From: Paragordius varius
Lineage: Eukaryota; Animalia; Nematomorpha
Assembly: GCA_964247055.1 (NCBI GenBank)
Contig: OZ176054.1
Span: forward strand, 9,300,001 to 9,364,000
DNA: 64,000 nt
Direction: 5' to 3'
Part shown: positions 33,601-47,600 of the stretch, piece by piece
How positions within the stretch are numbered: the first letter of the stretch is position 1
How the letters are laid out: each line of letters begins with the position of its first letter
Program-made: the position numbers and the translations under genes
Notes under the pieces: model-generated
Seen by the model: only the letters and a program-made list of their open reading frames with translations
What the model was told of the DNA's origin: nothing
Databases searched by the model: none

Positions 33601-36132
33601 AAAAATATTTTGTCTTCATATTTTTACAATAATATAATAAAGAAATATGGATGTTAACACATTTACCAAAAACATAACGGATGTACATATACCAAACCTT
33701 GCAAAGCTTCAAAAAAATCATGGGATTATAGTTCACAATATTGATGCTTTCTGTGATACAGGCTATTTTGACATCCAATCAACATTTCAAATTCTAAAAG
33801 CTGGACACACGCAATTGGGTTTGAATGTTAACTTTCATGGGGAAGAATTAACGCAATTAAATAGTTTTAAGGTTATTTTTTGGTTTTTGTACCATATGTA
33901 AATTACAAAATTTGAAAAATTTATATTATTCAATAAATTATAGATTATTGAACAATTACGTCAATTATCCCCACATAAATCTGTTTCATTTGCTAAGCTA
34001 AACAAAAGAGAAGCGTTGAATGGAAACTCCGAAAATTTAATCAGTTAGTGTTTGTTTTTGGTTTAAAAAACGTTATATAGCAATTGAATTATATAATTTT
34101 AATTTATAATGATCTATTTTTTATAAAATAAGTAAGTATCTTCGTTTTATTAGTGGTTGTAACCAAAATAGTTTTGTACTAAAAACTATCGATATAGTTT
34201 TAAAAGGGTGTTCTGATTTAATCATTACCATTTATTAAATTTTCCTCTTCCTTTTTTTCCAGATAGTAAGGAATTACCTATGTATGCCATATCCCATTTG
34301 GAGGAATTGAGTGAGGATGGGATTGAAGCTTTGAAAGATGATGCGCACACCGTAGCCATTTTATTACCCATGACAAAATTTAATCTCAAAATAAGTGATA
34401 TCAATAGGCCGCCAGCTCGAAAACTCATAGATTCCAATGTGCCTGTAGCATTAGGCACAGATTTTAATCCTGGAGTTTGGTGTACTTCTATGGTTTGTTT
34501 TTAACCAAAAAAATCTTTTTTTATTGTTTATATAATGAATACTAAATAAAAATATAATGAGCAATTTTTTAGTAATATTTTAGTAACATGTATATGTTTA
34601 AAAACCAAAAAACACCCTTAATGATAATATTTCAAAACTACACTGGTATTAATATTAATACAGAAACCGATATACAGTAAACGTCCCTATATTTACTACT
34701 TCCTTCATAATATTCGGTAACAGTTCCTTAAAACTAATTGGCGATTTTATGCTTTTTTCTGATTTTTGAATAAAGCCCTAATTTTAAAGATGTAATCATT
34801 CAAAGTTGGTCACATCTATAATAGGGTAAAACGCTTTAAGTGAGTCAAAGAAAAATGAATAAAATTAAATCATTTATTAATATTTTTATTCAAATATCTG
34901 TAATAATATTTATTTTAATCAAAAAAATTATATAATTTATTTTTAATAAACGGCCACCATGATGCGGATATTATTTTTTCTATAGGTCATTATAGCGAAG
35001 TAGGGAAGGGAGTCCACCTTATATTAACAAAAATGAAATTATAGAGACAAAAAATTTAAAAAAAATAATCATATTGTTTTTCAACCTTAATTTTCCCACA
35101 TAAACCATTCAATAAAACTTAAATTTAAAATAATTAGTGGTTAACAATTTTCTTCTCATTCCCCATTATGCAACTGTAAAACCATAGATTATAATTATTA
35201 TTTAAATATTCAAGGCTGTAAGAAAGTATGACTAATTTTACCCAAAAAAATTATTGTCTTTTAGTTGTTTACGTTTGGTCTGGATATAATTTATCTAACT
35301 CAATAGCCTATTGTTATGTATATGGCGGCACTGACCATGGGTATGACTTTGGAAGAATGTTTAATATCATCAACGTTAAATGCGGCCGCTTCGCTTAACC
35401 TTTCACGAGATCGGGGCTCTATTGAACGCGGAAAGTTGGGGGATCTTATTATAATCCAATGTGACGAGTATGAGAACTAAATCAATTTTATAAATCATTT
35501 TTTTTTCTAAAAAATATCTTTTTCCGATGAATGTATACATTATTAATATGTATTTTTTGTAAGGATGGGGGGGGGGGGTGGTTAATTTTGGATTACCATA
35601 ACCCCCTAAAAGGAATGTTTTTGAAAATATAGGGCGTTAAAAATGACATCAAAAGTAGCTTTTTTAACGGAAACCAGGCTAACCCTAGAACTATATAATA
35701 TATTAAAATTTAAAGAATTACCACTACCAAGTGTGGAATTTTATACAGTAAAATTATAAATTTTACAATAATTCAAATTCTCATTATTCTATAAAATATG
35801 AAATCACATAACACGTTAGTATTTAAAAAAATTTACCATTACCATGTGGCAAAACTTTGAAAATAGTTTAAATTAATAAGTTTTACGATAATTCAAATTA
35901 TTACATAAATAATTATTTTCAACACATTTTAAGTTGGAGACATTTGATCCATCGATTTGGCGATTCTGAATCCATGATCAGAGCTGTGATAAAACGCGGT
36001 CAAATAATACACAGTTCGGCTTTGGAGGAAGAAAAATTGAATGCTTTCATAAATCCATTGAAAGCTAGCGGGAGACATGGTCCTTGGAGTGGTCAAATGA
36101 TTTTTGCATCATTAATGTCAAATTGTTTTTGA
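30625..36132 (+). CDS. AMDHD1: Imidazolonepropionase (amidohydrolase domain-containing 1), 9 exons, about 511 aa
   Basis: Exons 30625-30791, 30821-30992, 32241-32401, 33044-33160, 33643-33871, 33944-34043, 34263-34492, 35307-35467, 35934-36132 (sum 1536 nt, in frame). Motifs [53 protein letters not shown]. Confidence 0.9.
32620..32810 (+). repeat. Decayed tandem duplicate of the 3' half of AMDHD1 exon 3 plus adjacent intron
   Basis: aattgaactgttagtgaattattaggaatggaacaatcagtattagaaggtaaaacgtaac parallels 32349-32406 aattgaacgattattactgatggctaggaatggaacaacaaccatagaatgtaaaacgtaaa. Similarity continues into the intron (caattataaa, ggcttttattac, taaccatttaattt). Confidence 0.7.
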
Positions 36133-37300
36133 TTTTATTTTCTTAATTTTCTCTCAAAAATATGCATCTTGGAAACAGTAAAATTATATAAACAAACCGA
36201 AACTAACGACAAAAAATATTTCAATAACGACATCCAGACCTTGTACATGATTTTTTGCGTAAACTATATATTACATTATTAAAACTAATTGAGTATGATT
36301 TACCAATTTATATATTAATTGCTAAATTTTCAACCCAAAACAATATGTTTATTTATAAAAATAAGGTTTAAAAATATAATGTACTTTTAAAAAAAAATTG
36401 TCTTATAGTTTTATTTTGTTCTTATAATTTTATTTTTTACTGTTTGGGCTTACAATTTACAAAGACATTGGAAAGTCTTGCAAATATAGACTGCTGTTAT
36501 TTGTCCTATTATTTATGTATATCATTAATATACTACGGTTTGGAAACATGTCAGAGTTATTTAATGATACATACTGATTTTCATGGGTATAATATGTTAA
36601 ATTTTAAAAAACTAAAAACGCGAATATTTTATATTATGCGCAAAGCTAAATTATTTAATTATACAAGTTATATAAAAAATTAAAAACCAAGATATATATT
36701 ATTTCTTTAAAAAAATTAAATTAAGTGCAAATATACAATTTATAATCATGTGCATTTACGATGATGGCAATATATTATTTATAAATTTTTCCTTATTATT
36801 TATTTTATAATGATAAGTGTTATGGTCAAATATTGCTCATATCATATGATATTTTTTTAATATCTCATATTTTTCACTAAAAATTTAAAAATAAATTTAA
36901 TATATATTTTAATATTTATTGTTAAGTTAATATATTTAAGAAAAAAATTAAAAGATTTTTGGACTATAATTTGATTTATTAACCTTATTTAATATAAAAT
37001 AATCGGACAGTGGTAAATTAATCTTTTTAAAAAAACGAACTACTAGCGATAAATAATTTAATTTTCTTATTTTATAATTATTACATATTATTAAATGAAA
37101 TGAAGGAACCATTAAAATGACATCATTAATTTTATCTTCTAGAAATTTGACAATGTTTCGGCACAATTACATTTTATACTTAAAAGCACCTTGTGTGATT
37201 AGACTTTGAGATATAAATTAATCAATAAAACTTAATGAATAGCCTAATCCAACATAGATGAATATATCAAAAACATTTTTATTAAATTATAAAGAAATAA

Positions 37301-39296
37301 TCATCCAAATATAGCATTTTTTATTGCATCTGTATATTGAGCAGGGACCCAGTAAATCCAATATCGAGATGCTTCAGTAGGACCCAATTGAATTCCCTTG
37401 CAGAAATAACACATCATAAAATATTTTAATAAATTTTACAGGTTAAATTAATGAATTTTATACAGTAAAGATGGAAATTAAAAAACGCAATAGTAAAAGA
37501 CAAACAATCATACTTTTTAAACCTTAATATTTTCTCCATAAACTATATATTACAATAAATATATTACAATTAAATGTAGCATAGAATTTACATTTCTATT
37601 TCTTATTTTGCAACCCAAAGATCATTTATATAAAAATTAAAAAGATGGTTATCTTTTCAAAATACTATTTGTAAAATAAAATATAACATTATTTTTGCTC
37701 TAATAAATTTCTTCAAAACAAGGAAATTAAATATTTATTACCATTATGTGATATTCCTCATGGCCTTCAATCGGTTCGCTAACAACCGTGACAATTGAAT
37801 TTAAGGGAAGTTTTTGTGTTCTATCTAAAATACATTGATTTCAATTAATTTATATTTTACAACATTACACTTAAAATTATGAAGCCTTGGATAGATTTTC
37901 GTATTTTTTGCCATTTTATAAAGTTAAAAAGAATGAAAAGAAAAAAGAATGGTAATGCAATTAAAATTATTTTAAATCCATAATACGACCTTTCGTTCCA
38001 ATCCATAATTGATCCAATTCTAGTTTAAAGGTTAGCCTAAGCTTGCCACCACCCCTTTCAAGCATACCCGTTAAAGGTTCAAAAGGTAATGGTTCCTATA
38101 TATGTGTATATTTGAAAAAACAAAATTTTATGCAAGCCAAATGTTTGTTACTAAGACAGGGTTGCCAATACACGGCCCTTCGAGACTTTTCTCGGCATAG
38201 TAAAATTAATATTTTTAACATATTTTTAAAATAAGTATATCTAATTGACAACAAACTATAAAAAAATTGTTATATTGTGTTTGCTTTTAACATTTTTTAG
38301 TTTGAGATCTATTAAAATATTTATTAATGCTCTTGTGTGATTCAAAGATGCGGCCGGTTGGAATGTTTGAGCTTAAAATGCGGCTCGCGAAGCCATTCGT
38401 GTTGGACATCTCTGATTTGAGTTTAATAATGATTACAATTCCATTATAACAATTTATAAATAAAAAATCTCAATATACTGACCAATTTTAGTGCTAAAAA
38501 TTTTGCAATTTAGATGTCCATATATTCATTAGAATAAAATAAGTTATAATTTTATATATAAATATACAATTTCGCTTTTTATCGAACTTAACGCTTTTTC
38601 TATCAAATTTAACCCTTTCTAAATAATTACATCAACTTTTACAATTAAACACAACATCCAATTAAACTCACATTATCACTCACATTTAAAACAAATTAAA
38701 TAAAAATATTTTTGCACCATTTAATTGTTTAAGGTAAAAAACATTGCTATTAATTGCGATACTCAAATAAATTAATTAAGGTTATTATACAAGACTATTA
38801 AACTTTAAAATGCTTAGAAATATTTTTAATATGTAATAAATTAAAAATAAGCATTGAGTGTGAATATAAAAGTGTTGTTTGATTGGAATTAATGTTGGGT
38901 TTTATCAAAAAATAAGTTTGGTTGGCAAAATATTTAATTTTAAGATTATAAAGGTGTTGAGTTAAGTATGAATAGTGGAACTATAATAAAAAAGGTATTA
39001 GTCTAAAAGAATATCGCTAGACAAATTTCTAATTTTCGCATTTCATTCTAAGACTACACCAAAAATAGGGCCGTCCTCTAACTATACATTATTTTATAAT
39101 CCCATCATTCAGACAAGATTCTTTAATATGTATGCAAATATGTGGATATTTATATGAATAGATATATTAACGAAAGGCAACTTTTAGATAATAAAAATTG
39201 TAAATCTGTTGAATGTTAATATAACATTCGACAAAAGTTAAACCCCAATTTATTCATTGTCCATAACCGTAATTTTAATTTATCAAAAACTACGAC

Positions 39297-39339
<43 letters not shown>

Positions 39340-41570
39340 TATATAGAAAATACCAAACCAATAAATGCATATGATTATGTATTTTGAATCGTTCAGGAAG
39401 ACTGTATCAATGTTAAGACTAACCTCAAATATTTTGCTAAAAAGGAGTCTATTTATTTAAATTAATAAATAGAGCAAAATTTCTTTTACATAGTATCCTT
39501 ACCATATATTTTACTTGTTTAATTATCAATATACATCGAGAAAAAAAATTTATATTACTTTTTAGAGTCATGTACCTTTTAAATTGGTATTTTTTAATCC
39601 AACATTTAATTACAAATTGTTTGAGTATTTTAGTCGTTTGCGTTTTAAAAAATATTATAGGATTGATTAATTTATAATAACTGAGTATAAAAAAGGCTTT
39701 TATGTAATATTAGAGTAATTATTATTAAAAATTGTAAAATAAACCTGTATATTTTTAATTCCAATCATAGCATCTTCGGGAACGCCCTTTTCAATAATTT
39801 TTTGATGAATCTAAAAACATGTGATATTCGATTATTTTTAATAGTTAATGTATCAATTATAATATTATATATCTCATAAATTTTTTGGGATTGGCCGACA
39901 AATTTAACGATTGATACAAAATTTAAAAATGTATGTTGTATTCGAAAAAACATTTTTTATATGTAAATAACCAATTTATTTTTATATATTTAATAATATT
40001 TTTTAATTTTTTATACATACAAACTTACACAGGTAGAACGGGCTTACTTTGCAATTTTAAAACACCAATTTAGGATAATTAGCGCTGACCAAGTCATGAC
40101 CCGGGCAATTGACCGGGTCATGACTTGGTCAGTGACTATATATTTTTTGACCATGGTCATTTGCTGGTAAATTATCTTTTTTGGAGGAGATAGTAGGATT
40201 TTATTTTTTAATATATCTTTTAAAAAATATAATTAAATATTAATTATATAATATAATTGATATTTAAAAATGCATATTTAAGAATATATTAATTGTGAAT
40301 ATATATCCTTTAAAACAAACAGCAAAATATCCAATTAATCCATACATGTAAACCAAAATTAAATGACAGAACATATAATTACGATATTAATTTAATGTTG
40401 AAAGAAAGTGTAAAACAATCTAGGTAAATTTTATAAAATATAATGTATATGAAAAGCCATGTATTTGAGGATATAGAAAGCCATAAACATGTGGCAAAAT
40501 TTATTTATATTACATTGACATTTAATATTATTGAAAACAAAATCTTGATTAAATTTGATAGAATATATTTGTAAATAATAATTATCAAAAAAATCTTAAT
40601 CTAACTTATTAAGCAATATGACATTATTAGTGAAACGCAAGTGTCGTTCGGGCTATTTACATAATCACCAATATCTTACTGTAAGATATTTTTGTGCATA
40701 TAATTTTTTTATAGTTTTGATAAAAAAATTTAAAAAGTGGTCATGACCATAGTCATGACTGGGTCTGACCGGACTTTTTCGAAAAAGCAGTCAAATGCAC
40801 AACCCTAAAAATAGCAAATAAGCAAAGATGGCTAATATTGTGGTAAAAAATTTTTAAAAAAAGAAACCAGTTAGATTTTATCAGTAATTTCATTAAACAA
40901 CATCTGTTTAATGCGAGCCAATATAAAAACGGTACACAGACAGCATGGTGTATGTGAAAACTATCTAATTCAGTTTAACTTAAAGGATTAATCTAACACA
41001 CAATAAACCACACAAGGTAAACCGTGATGTAGGTTTTTCAAAAATACTTTTAAATCTAAGATATTTTTGAGAAACAATATCACAAGATGGCTAATATAAA
41101 GATATAAAACATAAACTTTGTTTTTTGATAAAGAATGAACTTCAGGTTGAGGAGTTTCATCTTCAATTGCAGTTTTTGTGGGAGCTCTAACAGAGAGGAT
41201 GTCGTTAAATGTGGATCCTATAACCATAAATTTGGAACCATTAGTGGCATTTAGATCTTTAAGTGTTTGTTCATCTTTGGTGGGTCCCTTAAAACTTATT
41301 TTTTGTAGAGTAGAATGTAAACCAGTAAGTTGACTCACCTCTTCTTTAAGGTCTTTTATGGTCATAAATGGATTAACTTTAAGGTCGTATTTATCTTTCT
41401 TATACAAAATTTTTATGTCTATTTCAGGTACATCTTGAAACTGATTAAATGATGTTTTACTTAAGTTATTGGATATATTTTGGATATCAGTGGATATTTT
41501 AAAATTAGTATTTGCTATTTTTAATGAATAATTTACCTATGCTGGGAGTAGATTCAATATCGCTTTCCAT
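37301..41570 (-). CDS. UBFD1: Ubiquitin family domain-containing protein 1, 6 exons, about 260 aa
   Basis: Exons (minus strand) 41570-41537, 41514-41117, 39810-39745, 38095-37990, 37824-37742, 37396-37301 (sum 783 nt). Ubl domain (LQKISFKGPTKDEQTLKDL...KFMVIGST) and C-terminal motifs GGKLRLTFKLELDQLWIGTK, VVSEPIEGHEEYHIM, QLGPTEASRYWIYWVPAQY. Confidence 0.92.
39298..39345. repeat. (TA)n microsatellite; others at about 32218-32237, 33016-33038, 51860-51880 and 60797-60842
   Basis: Directly visible dinucleotide runs. Confidence 0.9.
40071..40807. mobile_element. Older copy of the TAGGGTTGTG hAT MITE family in UBFD1 intron 2
   Basis: Shares tgaccaagtcatgacc, ggtcagtgactat and the 3' end gcagtcaaatgcacaacccta with 52612-53196. 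Its 5' TIR is degenerate. Confidence 0.7.
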
Positions 41571-42394
41571 TAAGCGCTAACAATATGATATAAAAATTTA
41601 CAATATGATAGTACGTCAATAAGCAACATTGTTGGTGCATAAAAAAAATGTTAAATTTATCCTTAATTCTATTACTTTTATTTAATTATGAACAAATTTT
41701 GTTTATATCGCACGCCACTATGCTACGATTAACACTAATAATATGAGGCTGGCATAAATGTGGATACTGTACTCTTGCGAGAACCATTAAAGTCATATCT
41801 GTATTTAAAATGCTTAAAATGGCATTTAATTTACAAGTTGGTTAATAGATTTTATTTTTATCGCATATATATTTAGATAATGTATAAAAAGTTCAGAGGC
41901 AAACGAAATCGTTCGCAATCAAATATAAGGTTAATATGTGGTAAAATACATAAATATTCTGATTAATGGGAGTTCAAGTGTTTTGGATTTCGGTACTTAC
42001 GTGATTTAAAAAAGTATGTTTAACTTTCGCTATAATTCGATACTGTCAAAGGACAAATTTTGCCAACTTACGCTAAATAAACTTTTTCAAAAACTAATGG
42101 CATTGAAAAAAACAATAAATAAAATAATATTCTTTTAAAAGATATTAAAAAATTTAATTTCATGATTTGGAATCAAGTGTCTTAATTTATTTCCTCCTAA
42201 ATAGGGAGTTCTAATAAAAGTCAAAAATTTTATTATTTGGCAATAAAAGATGGCATTATTTTTAAGAAATTAGGGTGCTTTATGCTTGCACGTAACAAGG
42301 AAAAACGGTATATACACGCATCAAGATACTGTAACATCAATTGGGGTTAGTGTCTAAAATATCTTGATCAGATATATATTTTTTCATAATAAAA

Positions 42395-42660
42395 TCTTTG
42401 GAACTCTGGATGTGGAGAAAACTCTTGCAAATATGGAGGGAAAACTAAAAACACTTTATAAAATCAATCCCAATCATTGCTTAGAATATCCATCCACACC
42501 AAACTATCTAACTTCGGCCATATTATGAGATCTAACTCAGAGGAAAAATCCTTGATGTTGGGAAATATTAGTTGTACACGTGAAAGGGTCCGAAGAAGAA
42601 TAAGATGGATGGACAATATTTTACAAGAACCAATGCAACCTTGGCACAACTCGTCATTAA
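42395..42660 (+). mobile_element. 3' fragment of an RTE/BovB-like non-LTR retrotransposon
   Basis: Translation ELWMWRKLLQI... and KLSNFGHIMRSNSEEKSLMLGNISCTRERVRRRIRWMDNI matches the characteristic RTE C-terminal pattern 'LxYFGHxMRxxSLEKxxMLGxxxGxRxRGRxRxRWxDxI'. Confidence 0.75.
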
Positions 42661-44180
42661 AATTTAAAATAGCAGCTTAGGGCGAAGTTTTTATTTACAA
42701 TATTGCAAAACGACATCGACTGTAAAAATACGCACACAAATAAATATATCAGGATTTTCATGCTGCTTTTGGTTTTGAGGCATACAAATAAAATAAATGA
42801 ATTTGCTTTGTAATTTCTTGATATCATAAAAATAGCTAATTTGCGCACATATATTTGAGAAAAAAATTGATTAACACTTGGATACAACAAATCTTGCACT
42901 TATATAACATTAATAAACCGAAATATATAAATAATTTTATTTAAAAATATTTGATATTACTTATTTTAAGCTAAAACCGAAAGGTATGGTAAAATTGAAA
43001 AAAAATACAAAATAAACCGCTTTTTCTATTTCTATCTATGTTAGATGGGAATTAAATAAAAAATTAGCTTTAATTTTACCCTTAATATTAAATGAAGACT
43101 TTTGCAAAATAAAAATGGCGTCGAAATAGTTTGACATGGAACTTTTTTTTCAAAACAAAATTTTAAATATTTTGGCATATTTATATAATTTTTATTAGGA
43201 TAGAAGCATAAATTTAAATTGGGACCGTTTCCATCAGAAGTTTTTCAAAAATCCCAACTCAAATTTAGTCTGGTGTATTTAGATACCCCAATTTGAATCG
43301 AAGTGTTAATATACCATAAAATAAATGACATAATATTTTAAGAAGGAAACAATATTTTTACAACAAATTAGAACTGAAATCCTTAAGTCTTAAATTTTTT
43401 AACCATTTCGAAATTGGCTGGTTCTCGTTAAATAAAAAAATAGCTTGAGCGATAAAAACTTTTTAATTCTATATGACATCAAAAAACATAAATAATAAAT
43501 GCATACTTGCTCAAATATTTTTTAGAAAATATTTTTTGAAGCATACATCAAAATATTTCGAGGAATTATGGAAACGGTATAAACACGGTGCACTATATTA
43601 GACATTTTTTCTATATAATTTGATGATGCTGAACATTTTTATCCACCCCATTTTATAATTAATATTAATTTAAAGACAAACGCGTATATAATCTAAATTG
43701 TGAGGTTATAAAAATGTTCAGCATCATTGAAATATATAGAAATAGGGTTTTAATATTATTATATGGAGCGCTTTTCCGTTTCCATCACGCCTTAAAAAGT
43801 ATGAAGCCTTCCAGAAAAATTTGTTAAATTAAATTTTTGAAAAAAGCAGGCTTTTATTAAAATAAATACTTGGTATCAAATTTTGCATATATTTATGATT
43901 ATATTCCGATCTCAGCATTTTTGCGTTTATTTTATTAAAAACAGACTATTTTAAAAGAGCAAAAAATTTTTAGACTTCTGGAGCGCACATTTAAAAATAA
44001 AAATTTTTAGAATTTTTTTCGCTTATCAACATTTGGCAAATTGGGTATGCAAATACCCCAGACAATATTTGAGTCAATGTTTTAAAAAAAACTACTGAAA
44101 GAAACGGTTTCAATAAAAAATTTAATTATTTTATATTTTTAAAATATTTAATTTTAAACAAGCCTGGGAATATAACTAAC

Positions 44181-44681
44181 TGTTAGAGGCTAATTTGAAT
44201 AGACTTGTTAAACACACTACATTCGTTATATATCAGTGCATTAACCTATTAACTTATCTGTATACTATTATTATATTGTTATAACCTCCCATTCCCATGC
44301 CGCCCATCATGGGATATCCTCCACCACCCCATCCCATACCCATGCCATAACCGCCAAACGGACGCGTTAAACTACTCAAGCCGTAGCCAAGCAAGGCTCC
44401 ACCCAGTAAACCCGTTCCAAGGCCCGGACCACCTCCTCTGCCACTGTATTAACTTATCTGTATACTATTATTATATTGTTATAACCTTCCCACCACTTGT
44501 GATCATTATTATACTTTGAGATAATTGTATATAAGCCAACATCCCTTGATATATGTGAATACATTAAACCTAATTATCGTAAATATATATATATAGAGAT
44601 CATGATATAACGCGCAGTTGTTTTTGTGATATACAATATTTTGTGATATACAATAAATACCTTACCATCCCCAAATATTAT
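44181..44681 (+). repeat. 5' LTR (about 500 bp) with an internal 41-bp direct repeat and AATAAA at 44652
   Basis: Begins with TG and matches the 3' LTR over 99 bp. The right edge is inferred from the PBS position, and the expected terminal CA is absent. Confidence 0.7.
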
Positions 44682-44696
44682 TGGTGGCCAAGAGAT

Positions 44697-47600
44697 ATGA
44701 CAGACGAACCAATGAATATCACAGCTCAAAAATACAATAATAATAGCAATCGATACAGTAACAACAATAATATCAATCGGTTACAACATAATAAATCCAA
44801 TCGACAAACAATAATAAAATCATCTATTACATGCAAACATTGCGGTTTCACACACCCACCCAACAAGTGTCCAGCCTGGAGACGATCCTGCAACAAATGC
44901 GGAAAGCTAAACCATTTTGCGAGAATGTGTGTAGCCAAAAAACAAAGACCGCACTTCAATAGGCAATTGTCGAAGGAAGTTAACGTGGGTCATAAGGCGC
45001 TAACTCCCTTACTGATAACACTAGTAATAAACGGGTTAAAAAAAGATTTTATATATGATACCGGTTTGGACATCAGTGTAATAAACTTTGACACATGGGA
45101 GCAAATCGGTAAACCCAAGCTGCATCCGACACCCCCAGTAAAATCGTACAACAATACCACAGTGCCAATGATGGGGACGGCAAGTGTCAAAGTCCAAGTA
45201 AATGGTAAACAAATGGTCGGGGACATATGTGTCCTATGCAAAACGATGGGAATGGCCCCGCTAATCTGTGGACTGGACTGGATGGCGAAATTCCAGATTG
45301 AGATGCCACAGGTTAAAGTTAATTATCTTAAATTGAATGAGATTTGTGAAATTTTTAAAAATTTATTCGAAAATAAGTAAGGGTGTTATAAGGACCCTGT
45401 AAAAATTCGCATTGCAGCTAATGCGATCCCGAAAGTATGGCCATGTCGCAGGGTGCCTTTTCGATTAAGAGAAAAGGTGGAGAAAGAGCTGACGAGGCTA
45501 GAAAAGTTAGGCATTTTAGAACCGGTTGATCCTAACACCACACCTGTGACATGGGCCACGCCTACGGTTAATGTACTTAAACCGAATGGCGAATTAAGAA
45601 TATGTAGTGATTTTCGGGTAACGATTAATAAGTGGTTGCAAGAAGACTCCCACATAATTCCCACGTTTGATGAGTTGGTGTCGAAAATAGGTGAAGGTAT
45701 CACATTCACGAAAATTGATTTAAAAGATGCTTACCTCCAGATGCCAGTGGCAGAGGAGTGTCAACAATTGTTAACTATCTCAACACATAAGGGTTTTTTT
45801 AGATACAAACGCATGCCGTTTGGACTGGCCACGGCACCTATCATCTTCCAAAGAGTGATGGAAAAAGTGCTGGCTGAAAGTCCGGGAACTTGCGTATATT
45901 TAGATGACGTCCTAGTGACTGGTAGGACGGAAAATGAGCACATTAACAATTTAAATAACGTATTAAGTCGTCTCGATAAGGCCGGATTTAAATTAAGACA
46001 AGATAAAATAATGATAGGCGCAGAATCAGTAAACTATTTAGGATTTGAAATATCGAAAAAGGGTATAAGTCCCTGTGAAAGCAAAATTAAAGCAATCAAG
46101 GAACTAAAAAGGCCGGTAGATAAAAAGTCGTTACGTAGCTTTTTAGGTTTTTTGACATTTCATGAACGCTTTATACCAAAATTACAAATGATAGTCGGTC
46201 CCTTACATGAATTAACTAGTAAAAATACGAGATGGTATTGGACTGAGAAACATGAGAAAAGCTGGTTAGCAGCTAAGAATTTGTTAAGCGAAAAAGTGTT
46301 TTTAACACCATATAATTCGAATAGGAAATTGATAATAGAAACTGATGCGTCAGATTTAGGATTCGGATGTATTCTAAGTCATGAAATTAATAGTGAAAGG
46401 TTACCGATAGCGTATGCCTCACAAAAATGTAGCAACGCTGAAAGGAATTATTCCACGATAGAGAAGGAATTAAAAGCAATATTATTTGCGTTAAGAAAGT
46501 TTCATAGTTTCATATATGGTAGAAAATTTACAATATTAACTGACCATTTACCCTTAGTAAAGTTAATAAATAGAGATCGAAATTTAAAAGAGATTCATAA
46601 TGCTAAAATACTAAGGTGGATTAATATGATAAATGAATACGACTTTGAAATAAGTCATCAAAAAGGGGCTCAAAATAGAGCTGATTATTTATCGAGATGG
46701 CCGATTGACGAGATCGTTGCCTATGATGAAGATTATGCGGTTACCAGATATTTGAGATTTTTGAATTGTCATAACGTGCGGTTAAGCCGAGATGAAATTC
46801 GAAAAGAAACTGCATTAGATGCAGTATTACAAAAAGTAATTAAAGCGTTAAACAACCATGACTGGAGTTCTCCAGAATTAAAAAAGTTTGTAAACCGTAA
46901 AGACGAGTTGGCATATCAATATGGCTTATTAAGTTTAAATGATCGGATTGTAATTCCGAAGCCCCTCCAAAAAGAGGTGGTGAGATACCTACACAGCGGG
47001 CATAACAACGTAGAGACCATGAAAGCGATGGCCAGATTTACGTGTTATTGGCCAGAATTAGAAAATGACCTGGTAAAAGCCAGTAGTCAATGCGAATCGT
47101 GCCAACGTAGTAGGCCGAATGTCACTCAGAATTCCACGTATCAGTGGGATCATAATGTTGCTGTGTGGGAGCGTTTGCATATTGATATAGCCGGACCGGT
47201 AGACGGTTTGTATTGGTTGTTGATAATTGATAGTGCCTCGAAATGCGCAGAAGGATTTATGTTGAAAAAGGTAACCGCAGCGAATATAATCCACAAATTA
47301 GAAGAAACGTTTGCAAGGTTTGGCTTTGCAAGAGAGATTGTGAGCGATAACGCTTCATATTTCAGTAACGAGTACTTTACGTCAACATTAAGTACGTTAG
47401 GGGCGAAACATATTAAGGTTACCCCAGAGTAATGGGATGGTAGAAAGGTTAGTAGGTACAATAAAAAATAAATACAAAAGAATAAAAAACAATGGGTTAT
47501 CCACCCACGAAGCGTTTAACACTAGCTTATGGGCGTATAGAAATTCTATACACTCAACAACGAAAGAAACCCCGGCCCAGTTAATGTTTAAGCGTACCCC

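Noticed and set aside
45378-45380. Programmed stop-codon readthrough in gypsy pol
   Set aside because: The TAA lies between protease and RT rather than at a gag-pol boundary, and the element has other lesions. A simple nonsense mutation is more likely.
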